Positions 43,848 to 57,340 of a stretch of 64,000 nt of DNA are shown here, piece by piece. Below the pieces are notes generated by a model. The model did no database searches, was not told the origin of the DNA, and saw only the letters and a program-made list of their open reading frames with translations. The DNA is taken from the NCBI RefSeq assembly GCF_009914755.1, contig NC_060932.1. One strand, given 5' to 3'. Within the stretch, counting starts at the first letter, position 1, and each line of letters opens with the position of its first letter. A program made the translations under genes and the position numbers. Source of the DNA: the human T2T-CHM13v2.0 reference genome, Homo sapiens.

Positions 43848-44045
43848 AGCACGTATAGCAGTGGGAGTGTGCAGGCGTCTCCGAGGCAGACGTCCTGGGT
43901 TCAAGGCCAGTTCTACCATTATTAGCTGTGTGATCTTGGGCAGGTTATTCAGCCTCCCTGTAACTCAGTATCTGTGGGTTCTTGTGAATATTAAAGGAAA
44001 TAGCTTAGTACAGTGCTTGGCACATAATGAACCATTATTATTATA
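43848..44045 (+). mobile_element. MIR
   Basis: cctgggttcaa...tagctgtgtgatcttgggcaggtta...cagtgcttggcacata. Confidence 0.75.
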
Positions 44046-44319
44046 AATCCTCTTCATCTTCTTATCGAGGCAGTTAACACCAACAGTCTCTTTGATGTAC
44101 AACTCAAAACCAGCTGGAGCAGAACTGAGGATTAGTTGAACTTGGCTGGATAACTGCTTAGTGACAGTGTATTTAAATTACTTATATGAGATTTGTTCTA
44201 ACATTTATTATATTGTTGCAAGAAGAAACTGAGGTTAATAAAATGGTTACATTATTTATTGAGTAAGGAGCAACTCCATATTTCGTTGTAATTTTTACTC
44301 TTGCATTTTAATCTTATAT

Positions 44320-44830
44320 TTTCTTTTTCTTGATCAACAAAGTAATATTTGCTCATTGTAGAAAACTATAGAAAAGTTACTGAAGAGAAAACCATTCCAT
44401 GATTTTTTTTTTTCCTCCTCCAGGAAAAGACAGCCCCTGTGAAAACTTTGTCTCTTTCTAGGCTGTGTTCAAATACAGACATTTTCCTATATACATGTTT
44501 TTGGATGTCTCTTGTCTTTTCTGCATAACAACATTATGTCACCACATTTCCTCATAGTTCTTTTGCAAACACTGTTTTTAACTGCTGTCTAATATTCCAT
44601 TGTATTGATGAGACATGTTTTACTCAGCCATTTTCTTACTGTGAGACATTTAAGTTGCTTCCAATTTTTTTTTCCGGTTATAAATAACATTGACATGACT
44701 ATTTTATACATAAATCATGGTCCATATTTCTAATTGCTTCCTTAAGATAGATGCTTTGAAGTGGAATTATTGGGTTAAAGGGAATGCCAGAGTGATTTTC
44801 AGAAAACTTATACCAATTTCTATTATCAGC
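44320..44830 (-). mobile_element. L1ME-type fragment
   Basis: aatattccattgta...gacatttaagttgcttccaatttttt...gaagtggaattattgggttaaaggg. Confidence 0.7.
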
Positions 44831-45949
44831 TGGTTTTTATAAAGCATGGGAATTTTATAAGCTTGCTTTGTGTGCTTTCCCAAATTCCCAGCTCCCTGTT
44901 TCACCTTTCGTTCCATAATCACTCAGACCCTATTCCTTTTTTTCCCTTGCTCTGCCAAGTCAGACCGGGCATCATGTTGGACTCACGTCATTCTAGAAAG
45001 CAAAGCACGGTTGTCAGCTTACTACCTGGAGGGTGCTAAGTACTGGTGATTTCTCAAAGCCGGGGAATGACACATTTTCTCACATTCTTCCAGGACTCTA
45101 AGATGCAGCCAGTGAAGAAGGAGGAGGGTCCTAATGCTAAAAATGACCCAAGGCTCATCACGTTCAGTGGTCTATCATTTCCCAGCCCTTCTCTCCCTCC
45201 TTCTCACCTTACTTGGGGAATAGTCAAAGGGGAAAAAAGAATAACAATGATGTTTTTTTTTCTCCTTCTTCTTTTCCTCCTTTTCTTTTTTTCCTTCCTC
45301 TTTTCATGTATTTATTTATTCACACACTAACTACCTATTAGATAACAAGCACCCTGCTAGATGCTGAGGTTAAGAGAGAGGTGAGACCAGGTGTGTCGGT
45401 CAAAGTTCTTGGTTCCAAGGCCCAGTAACTGACCCTAACTAAACTTACTCATAAAAAGAGCCATGACATAAGGATAATGGTCGCTTCTCACAGTTGGTGG
45501 GAAGCTGGAGAACTGGGCTTGGGCAAGAGGTAGGAACAAAGGGAGCCGGTCCACCAAGAGCACAGCCCCAGGGCCCGCCCGAGAGCAGCCTGCTGGTGAG
45601 GACTCAGAGCTGGCACCACCCTGCTGGTACAGCCACCCTGATGGCCGGAGCATGAATAAGCTCTGGAGGAACTTGCCTCTTGGCTTTCCTCCCTCCAGTT
45701 TCTAAGTCCTGGGTGAAAGCTTCTGAGGGTGAGGCCAGGTCACATGCTTATGACCACAGGGGAGGGATTTTCCCAAAATAAGAAGCAGGGGATTCAGATT
45801 CTGGGACTCCTTCCTCCCCATACACACAGGTAAATGTCAGTACCTTAGGTCATTGTGATTACATGACTCCTTGTTTAATTGGAGAAGCAGAAAAGTAAAC
45901 AGATGACTATGATACCATAAGAGGGACAGGTGGCTCACTCCTCACTCCA

Positions 45950-46550
45950 GGTGGGGAAAGAGAAGACTGAGCAGGTAAGAGGCATAAGAGGATAGAATCT
46001 GGAGATTCACTGGAAGTGGGAGGTGATGGCGAGCAAATGAGAGAGAGGGGACACCCAGATTTCAGAATTGAGCTAGGAAATGGATAGTGCAGAGAATCCA
46101 CAAAGTGAGGGACACAGCGGGAGGCCTGGTTTTGGCGGGGGGAAAGAATATGGGTTTGGTTTTATGTATGCTTAGTCCAAGAGAGCCTAAGTGGAGATGT
46201 TTCAACATGGCTGAATGCACATTCATTAATTGATTCAACAGATATTTATTCATCACCAAATATATTCCAGGAGCTGGAGACACATCAGAGAAAAGAGACA
46301 CCCATGCTTGTCCTCAATGCAGCTTATGTTCTAGGGGAGCTCAGGTCAGGAGCACAGGAGAGCAGCCAGAGATGGACATCTAGATTTGGGGTTCATCCAC
46401 AGGAGTGAGAGAATTGAAGGTTTGGGTCTGGGTGGGACAACCTGGAAACGTGTAGGAGGGAAGAGAAGAGCAGAGGGCCTTTGATGGAACCTGGGGCACA
46501 CAGGACTCAAGGAGGAAGAAAAGCTGGCAAAGGAGGCTGAGAATGAGTCG
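45950..46550 (-). mobile_element. L2 fragments
   Basis: cattcattaattgattcaacagatatttatt; agatttgggg...catccac; aaaggaggctgagaa. Confidence 0.6.
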
Positions 46551-47263
46551 TCATCTCCCGCCTGTGCCCTCTCTAGTTCTGCAAGCTGTGGCTGGGATCT
46601 GCTGGGAGTGTGGTTGAAGGACAGGCATGCAAAGGTCCCAGGGCATCCAGGAACAGCTGGCGTGTAGCAGGCTCTTCCAAGTGGCTGTGATCTTCGAATG
46701 GATTTGAATATCAGGATGTTCTCTGCTCTACCTCTTTCCCAGATCTTTACCAAATTGTGTCTTGCTGCTCTGCAGTTCTGTAACAAGACCTCATCAGTCA
46801 CCAGTAAAAAACAAACTTGTTTCTTGCCTCTGGGATAACGGTGCTGTCAAGTGACAAGTGGATGAGGAGCTCCCAACAGAGGACGGCAAAACCTGTGGAA
46901 TGTGAGGCTGTCTTCATAACCTCCTATTTTGGATTTCCTCTTGGCTGTGTTCATATCAATTTATCTCACCCCACAACCCACAGTACTTGGTGTACCAGTT
47001 CTGGAACTACTGGTATTTATTGCTGTGCCGAGGAGGCCCATTGCACAAGTCCTCCTAAAAGAGGCCATTGTCTCGATCACTTTAACATCTCCGCCCTGGG
47101 GAGCTTCAGGCTGAGAGATGGGCCTAACCTTCCCTTCTGCCATCAGTCTTCCAGCAACTTAGAATGGGAAAGGAGTTTGGGGGTTGTCTTAGTCAGGGTT
47201 CTCCAGAGAAACAGAAGCAACAGAATGTGTGGGGGTACACACACATTTTAAGAAATTGGCTCA

Positions 47264-48030
47264 ACAGACACACGAAGAAATGCTCATCATCACTGGCCAT
47301 CAGAGAAATGCAAATCAAAACCACAATGAGATAACATCTCACACCAGTTAGAATGGCGATCATTAAAAAGCCAGGAAACAACAGTTGCTAGAGAGGATGT
47401 GGAGAAATAGGAACACTTTTACACTGTTGGTGGGACTGTAAACTAGTTCAACCATTGTGGAAGACAGTGTGGCAATTCCTCAGGGATCTAGAGCTAGAAA
47501 TACCATTTGACCCAGCCATCCCATTACTGGTATATACCCAAAGAATTATAAGTCATGCTGCTATAAAGACACATGCACACGTATGTTTATTGTGGCACTA
47601 TTCACAATAGCAAAGACTTGGAACCAACCCAAATGTCCAACAATGATAGACTGGATTAAGAAAATGTGGCACATATACACCATGGAATACTATGCAGCCA
47701 TAAAAAAGGATGAGTTCATGTCCTTTGTAGGGACATGGATGAAGCTGGAAACCATCATTCTCAGCAAACTATCGCAAGGACAAAAAACCAAACACTGCAT
47801 ATTCTCACTCATAGGTGGGAACTGAACAATGAGAACACTTGGACACAGGAAGGGGAACATCACACACTGGGGCCTGTTGTAGGGTACGGGGAGTGGGGAG
47901 GGATAGCATTAGGAGATATACCTAATGTTATATGACGAGTTAATGGGTGCAGCACACCAACATGGCACATGTATACATATGTAACAAATCTGCACGTTGT
48001 GCACATGTACCCTAGAACTTAAAGTATAAT
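47264..48030 (+). mobile_element. 5'-truncated L1PA (about PA4-PA6)
   Basis: ORF2 end plus 3'UTR; perfect 14-bp TSD aagaaattggctca at 47250-47263 and 48267-48280. Confidence 0.96.
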
Positions 48031-48216
48031 ATATATATATAAATATATATAAAAGAAAAAAGTATTTTATATATATATATTATATATATATTATATATTA
48101 TATATATTATATATATAATATATAATATATATTATATATATATTATATATTATATATATATATATAATATATAATATATATATATTATATATTATATATT
48201 TATATATATTATATAT

Positions 48217-48260
<44 letters not shown>

Positions 48261-48266
48261 ATATAA
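48026..48266. repeat. (TA)n/AT-rich low-complexity tract occupying the L1 tail
   Basis: About 240 bp almost entirely A/T, lying inside the L1 TSDs. Confidence 0.95.
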
Positions 48267-49563
48267 AAGAAATTGGCTCACATGATTGTAGCGGCTTGGG
48301 GAGTCTAAAATCTGGAGTGGGCCGGCAGGATGGAGGCTCAGGGAAGAATTGCAGTCTGAGTCCAACCAAAGGCTGTCGGCTGGCAGGATGCCTTCTTGTG
48401 TGGGGAGGCCAGTCTGTTCTACTCAGGCCTTCCACTGATTGGGTGAGGCCTGCCTGCATGATGGAGGGTCATCTGCTTTCCTCAAAGCCCACAGATTTTA
48501 ATGTAAATCTCATCCACAAAACACCTTCACAGAAACATACAGCATACTGTTTGACCACTTTTCTGGCATTGCGTCCCAGCCAAGTGGATACATAAAGTTA
48601 ATCATCACAGGGGCCATAGAATCCAGCCCCTTCACTTGATAGGTGGGGAAATGGGGGTCTGGGGGGCTCAGTGATCCACAGGGAGACAGGCAGCAATTCA
48701 GTGGGGGGTGGGGGCTGGTGGAGAAAATGTCTCCTGGTTTCCCTCCTTCGCTCTGTGCACCCACTCTACCACTCACGAGGGTGGCTCCCCGTGGGCAGAA
48801 AGCACCACGTAGACATGGTCTCAGCACATGGTCATTTGGATGTATGGGGTTGGCTTGTTTACAGAGCTGCAGGGTGTATTTTAGAGGAGCACTCTGTTGG
48901 CAAGCTTGGTGTGTGTCTTCCAGGATCTTCTAGCTTGGTAACTCAGTTAGAATTCCAGGAAAGTGAGCAGCTAAAACCTGAGGATGTTTTCCTGGCATAA
49001 TTCTTTCAGTCAAGCCACAAATACTCTCTGCAGTATACATCCCACTCTCTGTCTTGTTTTTTAGGGTTTTTCTTTTCAGTACAGTTTTGAGCACCTGCCT
49101 TGTGCCTCAATGAATACTTGTTGGGTGATGAATGATATAAAATTCATCTTGACATTCAGCTTAGGTTTGGAAGACAGTGTATGATTTCTTTACCATGGCC
49201 TTGACTCATCTTCTGAATGGTCAGGCTAAGTGCTGCCTCCTTCTCTGTGTAGCCTATTCAGGCACCTGCTCACCTACCACAACCTGCCAGGCCCCTCCAG
49301 CTCTGGAAGCATGCTATGTGAGAAATAATCCTAATATCCAAGTCACAGACAGTGGGTGGGCTTGGAAGTGCAGGGCCTGTGATCCCTTTGTGGAGTAGCT
49401 GAATTTAGAAGTGACAGCAATTGTGTTCTATAATGAGAATGGTCCTGATCATCATGAGAATAATAGCTGCCTTTTATTGAGAAACTGTCAGGTACCAGCC
49501 ACTGTGCTGAGCATTTTCTATGCATTTGCTCCCATGTTCAGATCCCTCCTCTGTCTTCGTGTG

Positions 49564-49925
49564 TGATATGGTTTGGCTGTGTCCCCACCCAAATCTCATC
49601 TTGAATTGTAGCTCCCATAATTCACACGTGTTGTGGGAGGGACACAGTGGAAGATAATTGAATCATGGGAGCAGTTTCCCTCCCACTGTTCTCATGATAG
49701 TGAATAAATCTCACAAGATCTGATGGTTTTATGAGGAGAAACCCTTTTCACTTGGTTGTCATTCTGTCTTGCCTGCTGTCATATAAGATGTGCCTTTTGC
49801 CTTCTGCCATGATTGTGAGGCATCCCTAACCACATGGAACTCTGAGTCCATTAAACTTCTTTTTCTTTATAAATTACCCAGTTTTGGATATGTCTTTATC
49901 AGCAGTGTGAAAATGGACTAATACA
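49564..49925 (+). mobile_element. THE1 (B/C-like) MaLR solo LTR
   Basis: tgatatggtttggctgtgtccccacccaaatctcatcttgaattgtagctcc ... gtgaaaatggactaataca. Confidence 0.93.
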
Positions 49926-50344
49926 ATGGGTAATTGTGAAACCTGATTCTCAGAGTCAGGAGAAGTTTTCCCATTGAAACAGAGCAGAATGCCCAGGATA
50001 CACCTAGAATGGTGTCAGCACAACATATGAGACATATGGAGAATGCAGTTGACCCATGAGCCTGCATATATGGTGTCATACTGGAATACTCCCTGAGAAG
50101 CGTTGTGTAAACCACATAGGACTAAAGGCCCCTCATTTGCAGACTCTGCTGGGGTTCTTTGTATAGGAGGACTTTATGGAAAATAATAGAGGGACTTGAC
50201 TTTACTGTGTATGCCTTGGTTAAAGTAATGTCCCTCAAAAGCCCCTTTGGTACTCAGAGACATGGTTCACCCCTCAAAGTCATAGAAGGATCAGTGATGG
50301 GAGCTTGGAGTGAATGGTAACAATAGATGATAGCATCAAGTCAA

Positions 50345-50900
50345 TTATTCAGAAAAACTGACACTAGTGGCTTAAGTACTCAAGCATTTATAATCTCACT
50401 TGAGAACTATGAGGTAGGTATTTTGAGGTTGATTTATCAGCTCTAATGTCTCGTCAAGTATCCAGGGTCATTCTTCATTTCTGCCTCTCTCTACTTAGCT
50501 TTTGACTGTTGCCTTCAAACTTACTGCTTCTTGGTCACAAGGTGGCTACCCCAGCTCCAGGCATTGCATCTGAATTCAAAGAAGATACAGTGTATGTATT
50601 TGTAGGTGGGGTGGGATGAGGTGAAAGCGCTTCTATGTATGACTTCATGCCTGTTCCTTTTACAGGAAACCAAAAAGTTTCCCAGAAGACTTCCAGATGA
50701 CTTCTCTTTACCTCTCATTAGTCAGAACAAGATCAAATGGGGATCCCTAGGCATAAGGGAGGCTGGGAAAGTGAGCATCTTGGTGGAGAGGAAGATGATG
50801 GTCTTAACCATATCAGATATATTTTAATTCATAGTCTTGGAGCAGGTACTTTCCTGAACAAAACTGGGGTTCTGATGACAAGGAAGAAGGGAATCTATGT
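50345..50900 (-). mobile_element. Old MLT1 (J/K-like) LTR
   Basis: ggtcacaaggtggct...cagctccaggcat; aagggaggctgggaaagtgag. Confidence 0.6.
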
Positions 50901-51864
50901 GAATACCTTCCATAATAATCACTAGCATCATCTCATTCAATCCTTGCATTGGGAATTATTCCTATCCCCATTTCACATAGAGAAAGCTGAGGGTTAGGAT
51001 GGTGAAGTGATTTATCTGAGGCCACATAGGCTCTTAGAGTGTCCTTATAAGGTGTCCTTATGTTCTTAGGCACCAGACCTTCTATTTCCTTGACACTCCC
51101 CTGGGTGCCTGTGTACTTGGCAAATACTAACAGCTTTCTGGTTGAATGAAGAAAGGACAGCACATCCATTTGAGGCAGAAAGTCATGTATTAGGATTCTA
51201 TCCTGGGACTATGGGATCAACAGATCCTTGTTTTACTGGCAGAAAAGTTGCTTCCCTGGACATTATGGAAATAACTTTAGATTAAAGATCTCTCTGGGAA
51301 GAGGTTTCTGGCTGTAAGTAGTGGAGCCAGTGAACCCTGAGGCCATTCTGACACTGCCAGCCCCTGACTTTCCCAATAGCCCCAACCAGGTGAGGAGACA
51401 AACTCCCAGTGTGATCAGCACCTCTGGAGAGTTTGCCATTCAATTTGGAGGAAACCACCATGTAGGAGAGGAGCTGACTTCCTCTAAGTCCTTCCTGAGA
51501 GCAGAACTAGAAAAAATGATTGAATTTGTCAGGAAGAAGAGTGTCTCACTGGGGAAAAAGTATAGATTCTAGCAGCAGAAAGATCTGGTTTTGAATCCTG
51601 TTGTGCAAATTAAGTGAAATATACATATAAGGTGCTTAAAACAGTGCTAAGAACCTAAGTGCTTCCAGGATGTCTCAAATCAAATTAAGGTTGGCCAACT
51701 ATAGAATAGAATATCAGTAAGATTGAAACTTCCTTATCCTGGAGGTATTCAAACATTTAACTCCTTATTAGGGGTTAAATCACTCAAAAGCAACAGAACC
51801 ACCACCAACAAACAAAACCAGCTAACGTTTTTTGAGTACTTACTCTAACTCACTATGATTATTT

Positions 51865-52075
51865 TTTATTGAATATTTATGATGTGCTTGGCACCTTGCT
51901 AAGCACTTTATGTGAATTTTCTCATTTAATCCTTATGACAATTTTAGGAGGAAGATATTATTGTTATCCCTACTGTGTGGATGAAAAGACTGAAGTTGAA
52001 AGAGGCTAAGAAACCTGGCCAAATTCAGCTGGGGATAGAGATGGGCTTAGAGGTCAGATCTGTCTTTTGCCTTGC
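51865..52075 (-). mobile_element. MIR
   Basis: gctaagcacttta...ctcatttaatcc...gatgaaaagactgaag. Confidence 0.7.
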
Positions 52076-52589
52076 CCTATGATGATAATCAGCAGAGCAT
52101 GTTGTTCCCATGAAATGTACCCTTACTTGGGGGAAGATTGCATGAGATAGTGGTTCCCAGGCTTTCCTGTGTCTTATCAGTTTTCTGGTAAAACCAGGAG
52201 CCTATCAGGGCAAATTTTAAAAGCCCAGTTTTCCCAAAGACTTTTATATCTTTATAGACATTAAAAATTTTTAAAAGCAGATAAAATACCAAGTCCTGTT
52301 GGAACAAATTCCCTTGCGATATCTTTAAAACACAAATGGCAGTAATAATTACATTGGCAGTTGAAGACGGTGTTATCAGTAGTGAATACGAAGTTTGCTA
52401 CTGTCTGTACTTCTCTTATTGACCAGCTTAGAGTCCATGCCCTGCTAGGTCAGCCACACCCTTGCACTCTCTCTCTCCATTATATTCAACGGACAAAATT
52501 CCAACTCTCCTCCTGTTCTTTATCTACGTCAAGTAGCCGGACACAGATGCAGAAAATAATGATTTTGACTAACCTTACTTTAAATATGT

Positions 52590-53200
52590 ACTGTTGGTGG
52601 GAGTGTAAATTAGTTCAACCATTGTGGAAAGCAGTATGGTGATTCCTCAAAGAGCTAAAAGCAAAACTACCACTTGACTCAGCCATGCCATTACTGGATA
52701 TATGCCCAGAAGAATAGAAATTACTCTATCATAAAGACACATGCATGCAAATGTTCATTGCAGCACTATTCACGATAGCAAAGACATAAAATCAACCTAA
52801 ATGCCCATCAATGACAGATTGGATTTAAAAAATGTGGTGCATGCATACCATGGAGTACTATGCAGTCATAAAAAAGAATGGGATCATGTCTCTTCCAGGA
52901 ACATGGATGGAGCTGGAGGCTATTATCCTTAGCAAACTAATGAGGAACAGAAAACCATATACCACATATCCTCACTTATAAATGGACGCTCGATGATGAG
53001 AACTTATGAACACAAAGAAGGAAACAACAGACAATGTGGTCTACTTGAGGGTGGAGGGTGGGAAGTGGGAGAAGAGCAGAAAAGAGAACTATTGGGTTAT
53101 CTGGGTGATGAAATAATCTGTACAACAAACCCCCAAGACACAAGTTTTCTATGTAACAAACCTTCACATGTACCCCCAAATCTAAAATAAAAGTTAAAAA
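52590..53200 (+). mobile_element. 5'-truncated older L1PA (about PA13-PA16) 3' end
   Basis: ctgttggtgggagtgtaaattagttcaacc ... gatgaaataatctgtacaacaaacccc ... ctaaaataaaagtt. Confidence 0.92.
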
Positions 53201-53261
53201 ATATATTTTTTTGCCTTTTTTCTGAGTTTTATCACTTACGTATGCATCCTTAAACAATATA

Positions 53262-53706
53262 TAATTCATCCTCGAACAACACGGGAGCTGGGGCCCTGAC
53301 CCCCTGTGCAGTTGAAAATCCGCATATAACCTTTGACTTCCCCAAAACTTAACCACTAATAGCCTACTATTGACTGGAAGCCTTACTGAGAACAAAAACA
53401 GTTGATTAACACATATTTTGTAAGTCATATATATTGCAATTCTATATTCTTATAGTAAAGCAAGCTAGAAAAAAGAAAACGTTATTAAGAAAATCATAAG
53501 GAAGAGATAAAAATATGTATGATTCACTGAATGGAAGTGGATCATCATGAAGATCTTTGTCCTCGTCATCTTCATGTTGAGTAGGCTGAGGAGGAGAAGG
53601 AAGAGGAAGGGTTGGTCTTGCTGTCTCAGGGGTGGCAGAGGAGGAAGAAAATCTGTGTACCAGTGGACCTGAGTGGTTCAAATCTTTGTTGTTTAAGGAT
53701 CAACTG
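53262..53706. mobile_element. Tigger2a-like DNA transposon
   Basis: Inverted ends ...cctcgaacaacacggg / gttgtttaaggatcaactg-ta; gaaaatccgcatataac...gactggaagccttac. Confidence 0.88.
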
Positions 53707-53709
53707 TAG

Positions 53710-54110
53710 TTTGATTTTGCCTGTTTTCAAATTTCACATGAGTTGAATAATATTATATGTGTTCTTTTGTGACTCGTTTCTTTTAAAACCTCAGCATTTT
53801 ATTGTTAGTATTTATCGATGTTGTTGTCTCCGAAGGTTTATTCATTTGCTTCGCTGTATTGTATTACATTGTATTTATTGTATCACAATACTCAAATTTA
53901 CATATGTGTTCTACTATTCTAGGATTGATGGACATTTGGGTTGTTTTCAGTTTGGGGCCATTTTGAACAGTGTCATTCTGAACACTCTTGGATATGTTTT
54001 GTGGTGCTTGTGTGCTAGGGTTCCCCTGTGGTAGATATTAGAAATAGAATTGCTGGATTGTGGGTTATGTGAATGCACAGCTTTGCCTGTAATGCAAACT
54101 GTCTTCCACT
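53710..54110 (-). mobile_element. L1M (MC/ME) fragment
   Basis: gatggacatttgggttgttttcagtttgggg...tagaattgctgg. Confidence 0.7.
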
Positions 54111-54139
54111 CCTTCTGCTCGAAACAGCTCCAATGTTTT

Positions 54140-54680
54140 AAGAGTATTTTTGATCTTGGAATGCTTTCTTCAAGGTCAACAGCTGCCTCCATGTTGCCAA
54201 ATCCAGTGGTCAATTCTGAGTCTTTGTCATGACCTATTGACAGCTTTCGACACAATTGATCCTTCCTGCTTCAAAACATGTCCTTCACCTGGATTCTGGA
54301 GGATTCTTTTGTCTATTTGCTGCACGGGCCTCCTCTTCCCATTATAACGTGTTGTAGAGCCCTAGATCCATCTTCTCTCCTATCTGTACACATTCTCTCG
54401 ATCCTCTCTTCTGGTCCCCTGACTTTAGACACCTCCTATTTGCTGAATGACTATCAAATTTGTATCTCTAGCCTCACCTACTCTAAACTCCAAACTCACA
54501 AACCCAGCTGCCTGATGATTAGCCTCACTAGGAAGTCTAAAAGCCCCTACTTTATCCAAAATGGAACCCTTGCTACCCTCCCACTCCCCAAAACTGTTCC
54601 AGCCAGTGTTTCCTATCTTGGTAATGGCAACATCATTCAGGCTAAAAACACAAGATTCAGTCTTGCTGTCTTTCTTTGTC
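54140..54680 (+). mobile_element. L2 fragment
   Basis: tcaaggtcaac...ttgccaaatccagtggtcaattct...cagctttcgacac. Confidence 0.65.
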
Positions 54681-54689
54681 TTATACTTG

Positions 54690-54860
54690 CTCCCCGCTTC
54701 ACTTTCTGCCATAATTGTAAGTTTGCTGAGGCCTTCCCAGAAGCAGAAGCTGCTATGTTTCCTGTGCAGCCTGCAGAACCACGAGCCAATTAAACCTATT
54801 TTCTTTATAAATTACCCAGTCTCAGGTATTTCTTTACAGCAATGCAAGAACTGCATAATG
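54690..54860 (+). mobile_element. MST LTR 3' half
   Basis: gccataattgtaagttt...cagcctgcagaacc...gagccaattaaacct...aaattacccagtctcagg. Confidence 0.8.
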
Positions 54861-56570
54861 CTCTCAATTAAAAATCTCTAAAAAAATAAGAATACTTATT
54901 AACTCATATAACGAGAGTCCTAAGAAGGACCATTTCTTTGTTGGTTAGTTCTATAGCTTCATGATTCATCATGCACCCAGGTTTTTGGTATCTTTTGGCT
55001 TCACCACCCTTTGTGTGTGTCACTCAGTCTAACTGACATCGAATTTCAGAAAACACATCCATACACACCCGTGGTCCCAGGCAGAAACACAGGCTGTCCC
55101 TTCCTTGTGTTTCTTTGTAAGAGCTAAGAGATCTTTTCTCTAAGTCACTCCCTGCCTCCCACAGACTTCCCCTTATAGCTCATTGGCTGGAATTGTGGCA
55201 TGTGCCCATGGCTAAACCAAAGCTGGCAAGGGGAACGGGTCCTTCACGACCTTCTTGGACCAATCCTGACTCACCTTCCAGAGCTGGGGTTTACACCTGC
55301 CTCCCCTGCAACACCTGCGGGAGGGTACTTGGGAATCAGGGTACTATTGCAAGGGAAGGGAGGCATGGCTGCTGTGCAGACAGGTCCTCTTGAGAAGATT
55401 CCATAGCACCTACAGAAGACTGCCATTTTCTGAGAGTGATTTTTGTAGCACTTGCAAAGCTTCGGCAGGGGCTTTTGACTGTTTTGAGGTAGAGTTAGCA
55501 AACCTTTTGCCTCTCTCAAATCACACCATTGGTTGTGGTGGGGTGGCCTCCTCCACCTTTTCACTTGGCTTAATTCTGGGAGACATAGAGTAAGCAAATG
55601 GCCTTGTTTATTTCATAAAGAACTGGCTTTAATGGTCCACACTCACAGGTGTTTTATCTCCTTGTATTGTCTGTGGATGGTGGTGGTCTGATTAAAATGT
55701 TCTCCCTAGTGACTCATCCCTGGTGCGGGGGCCGGTGGGGAAGGTATGTCTACTGCAGAGAAGGTCAAAACCAGCCAAGTAAAATGTGTTTGTTCTTTTC
55801 CAAACTCACAAAGGAAAATGAAGAGCTAAGAATAGTTATTTTTGGAGATTCAGTCTCTGAATCCTAGTTTAGAAGAGAAAGGATTTTTTCTTTTTTTTTT
55901 TTTTAATGAAGGGATGGATCAGCCCCAGGTGTTTTCCACATATTTGAAGCTTGCTGAATAATTTCTCTGCCAATGACAGCCACCTCGTCATTTCAGCTCT
56001 CATCCCTATCCTCCATAGATTGAGAACTGATCTCTAACAGTGGTGCCTTTTTATTGCTCTCTAATGGTGGCAATTGTTTTACAATTCATCCCTGTAAACC
56101 CTGGTTCACCTGCACTCTGGGACCACTTCCCACAGAGGCAGGAAGTTTAAAGGTGTCTCGGGATCAAGTTCTGCCTTAGCCCTTGGACTTTGCCCACGTT
56201 GTTCGTCTGCCTGGATTGCCTTTTCCATTCTCTTCAGGGCACTTTCTCACTCCTTCTTCGAAGCCAGGGTCAATTTATTTTTATTATGATTTTTTTATAA
56301 TTTCAACGTTTAGTTTAGATTCAGGGGTCTATGTGCAGGTTTGTGACATGGCTATGTTGTGTGACACTGAGGTTTGGGGTATGAATGATCCCATCACCCA
56401 GGTACTAAGCATAGTACCTAATAGGAGTTTTTGAACCCTTGTCCCCCGCCTTCCCTCCCAGCTCTAGCAGTCCTTATTGTCTATCATTCCCATCTTTATG
56501 CTCATGAGTACCCAAGGTTTAGCTCCCACTTATAAGTAAGAACATATGGTATTAGGTTTTCTTTCCTCTT

Positions 56571-56988
56571 CTAAATGCCCACATCAAAAAGCTAGAAAGA
56601 TCTCAGATCGACACCCTAACATCACAACTAAAAGAACTAGAGAACCAAGAGTAAACAAATCCCAAAGCTAGCAGAAGACAAGAAATAACCAAGATCAGAG
56701 CGGAACTGAAGGAGATAGAGACACAAAAACCCTTCAAAAAATCAATGAATCCAAGAGCTGTTTTTTGGAAAAAATGAATAAATAGACCGTTAGCTAGACT
56801 AATAAAGAAGAGAGAAGAGAGAAGAAAGAAATAGACACAATAAAAAACGATAAAGGAGCTGTCACCACTGAACCCACAAAAATACAAACAATCACCAGAG
56901 AATACTGTAAACACCTCTATGCAAGTAAACTAGAAAATCTAGAAGAAATAGATAAATTCCTGGACACATACACCCTCCCAACACTGAA
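56571..56988 (+). mobile_element. Internal L1PA ORF2 fragment without 3'UTR or poly(A)
   Basis: ctaaatgcccacat...cccaaagctagcagaagacaagaaataaccaagatcagagc...gataaattcctggacacatacaccctccca, from the post-endonuclease part of ORF2. Confidence 0.9.
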
Positions 56989-56992
56989 AAAG

Positions 56993-57340
<348 letters not shown>

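Larger units (their letters stand above)
47185..48609 (-). mobile_element. MLT2 (HERV-L) solo LTR interrupted by L1PA
   Basis: tagtcagggttctccagagaaacagaa at the left end; caggccttccactgattgggtgaggcc and cataaagttaatcatcaca at the right end. Confidence 0.88.
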
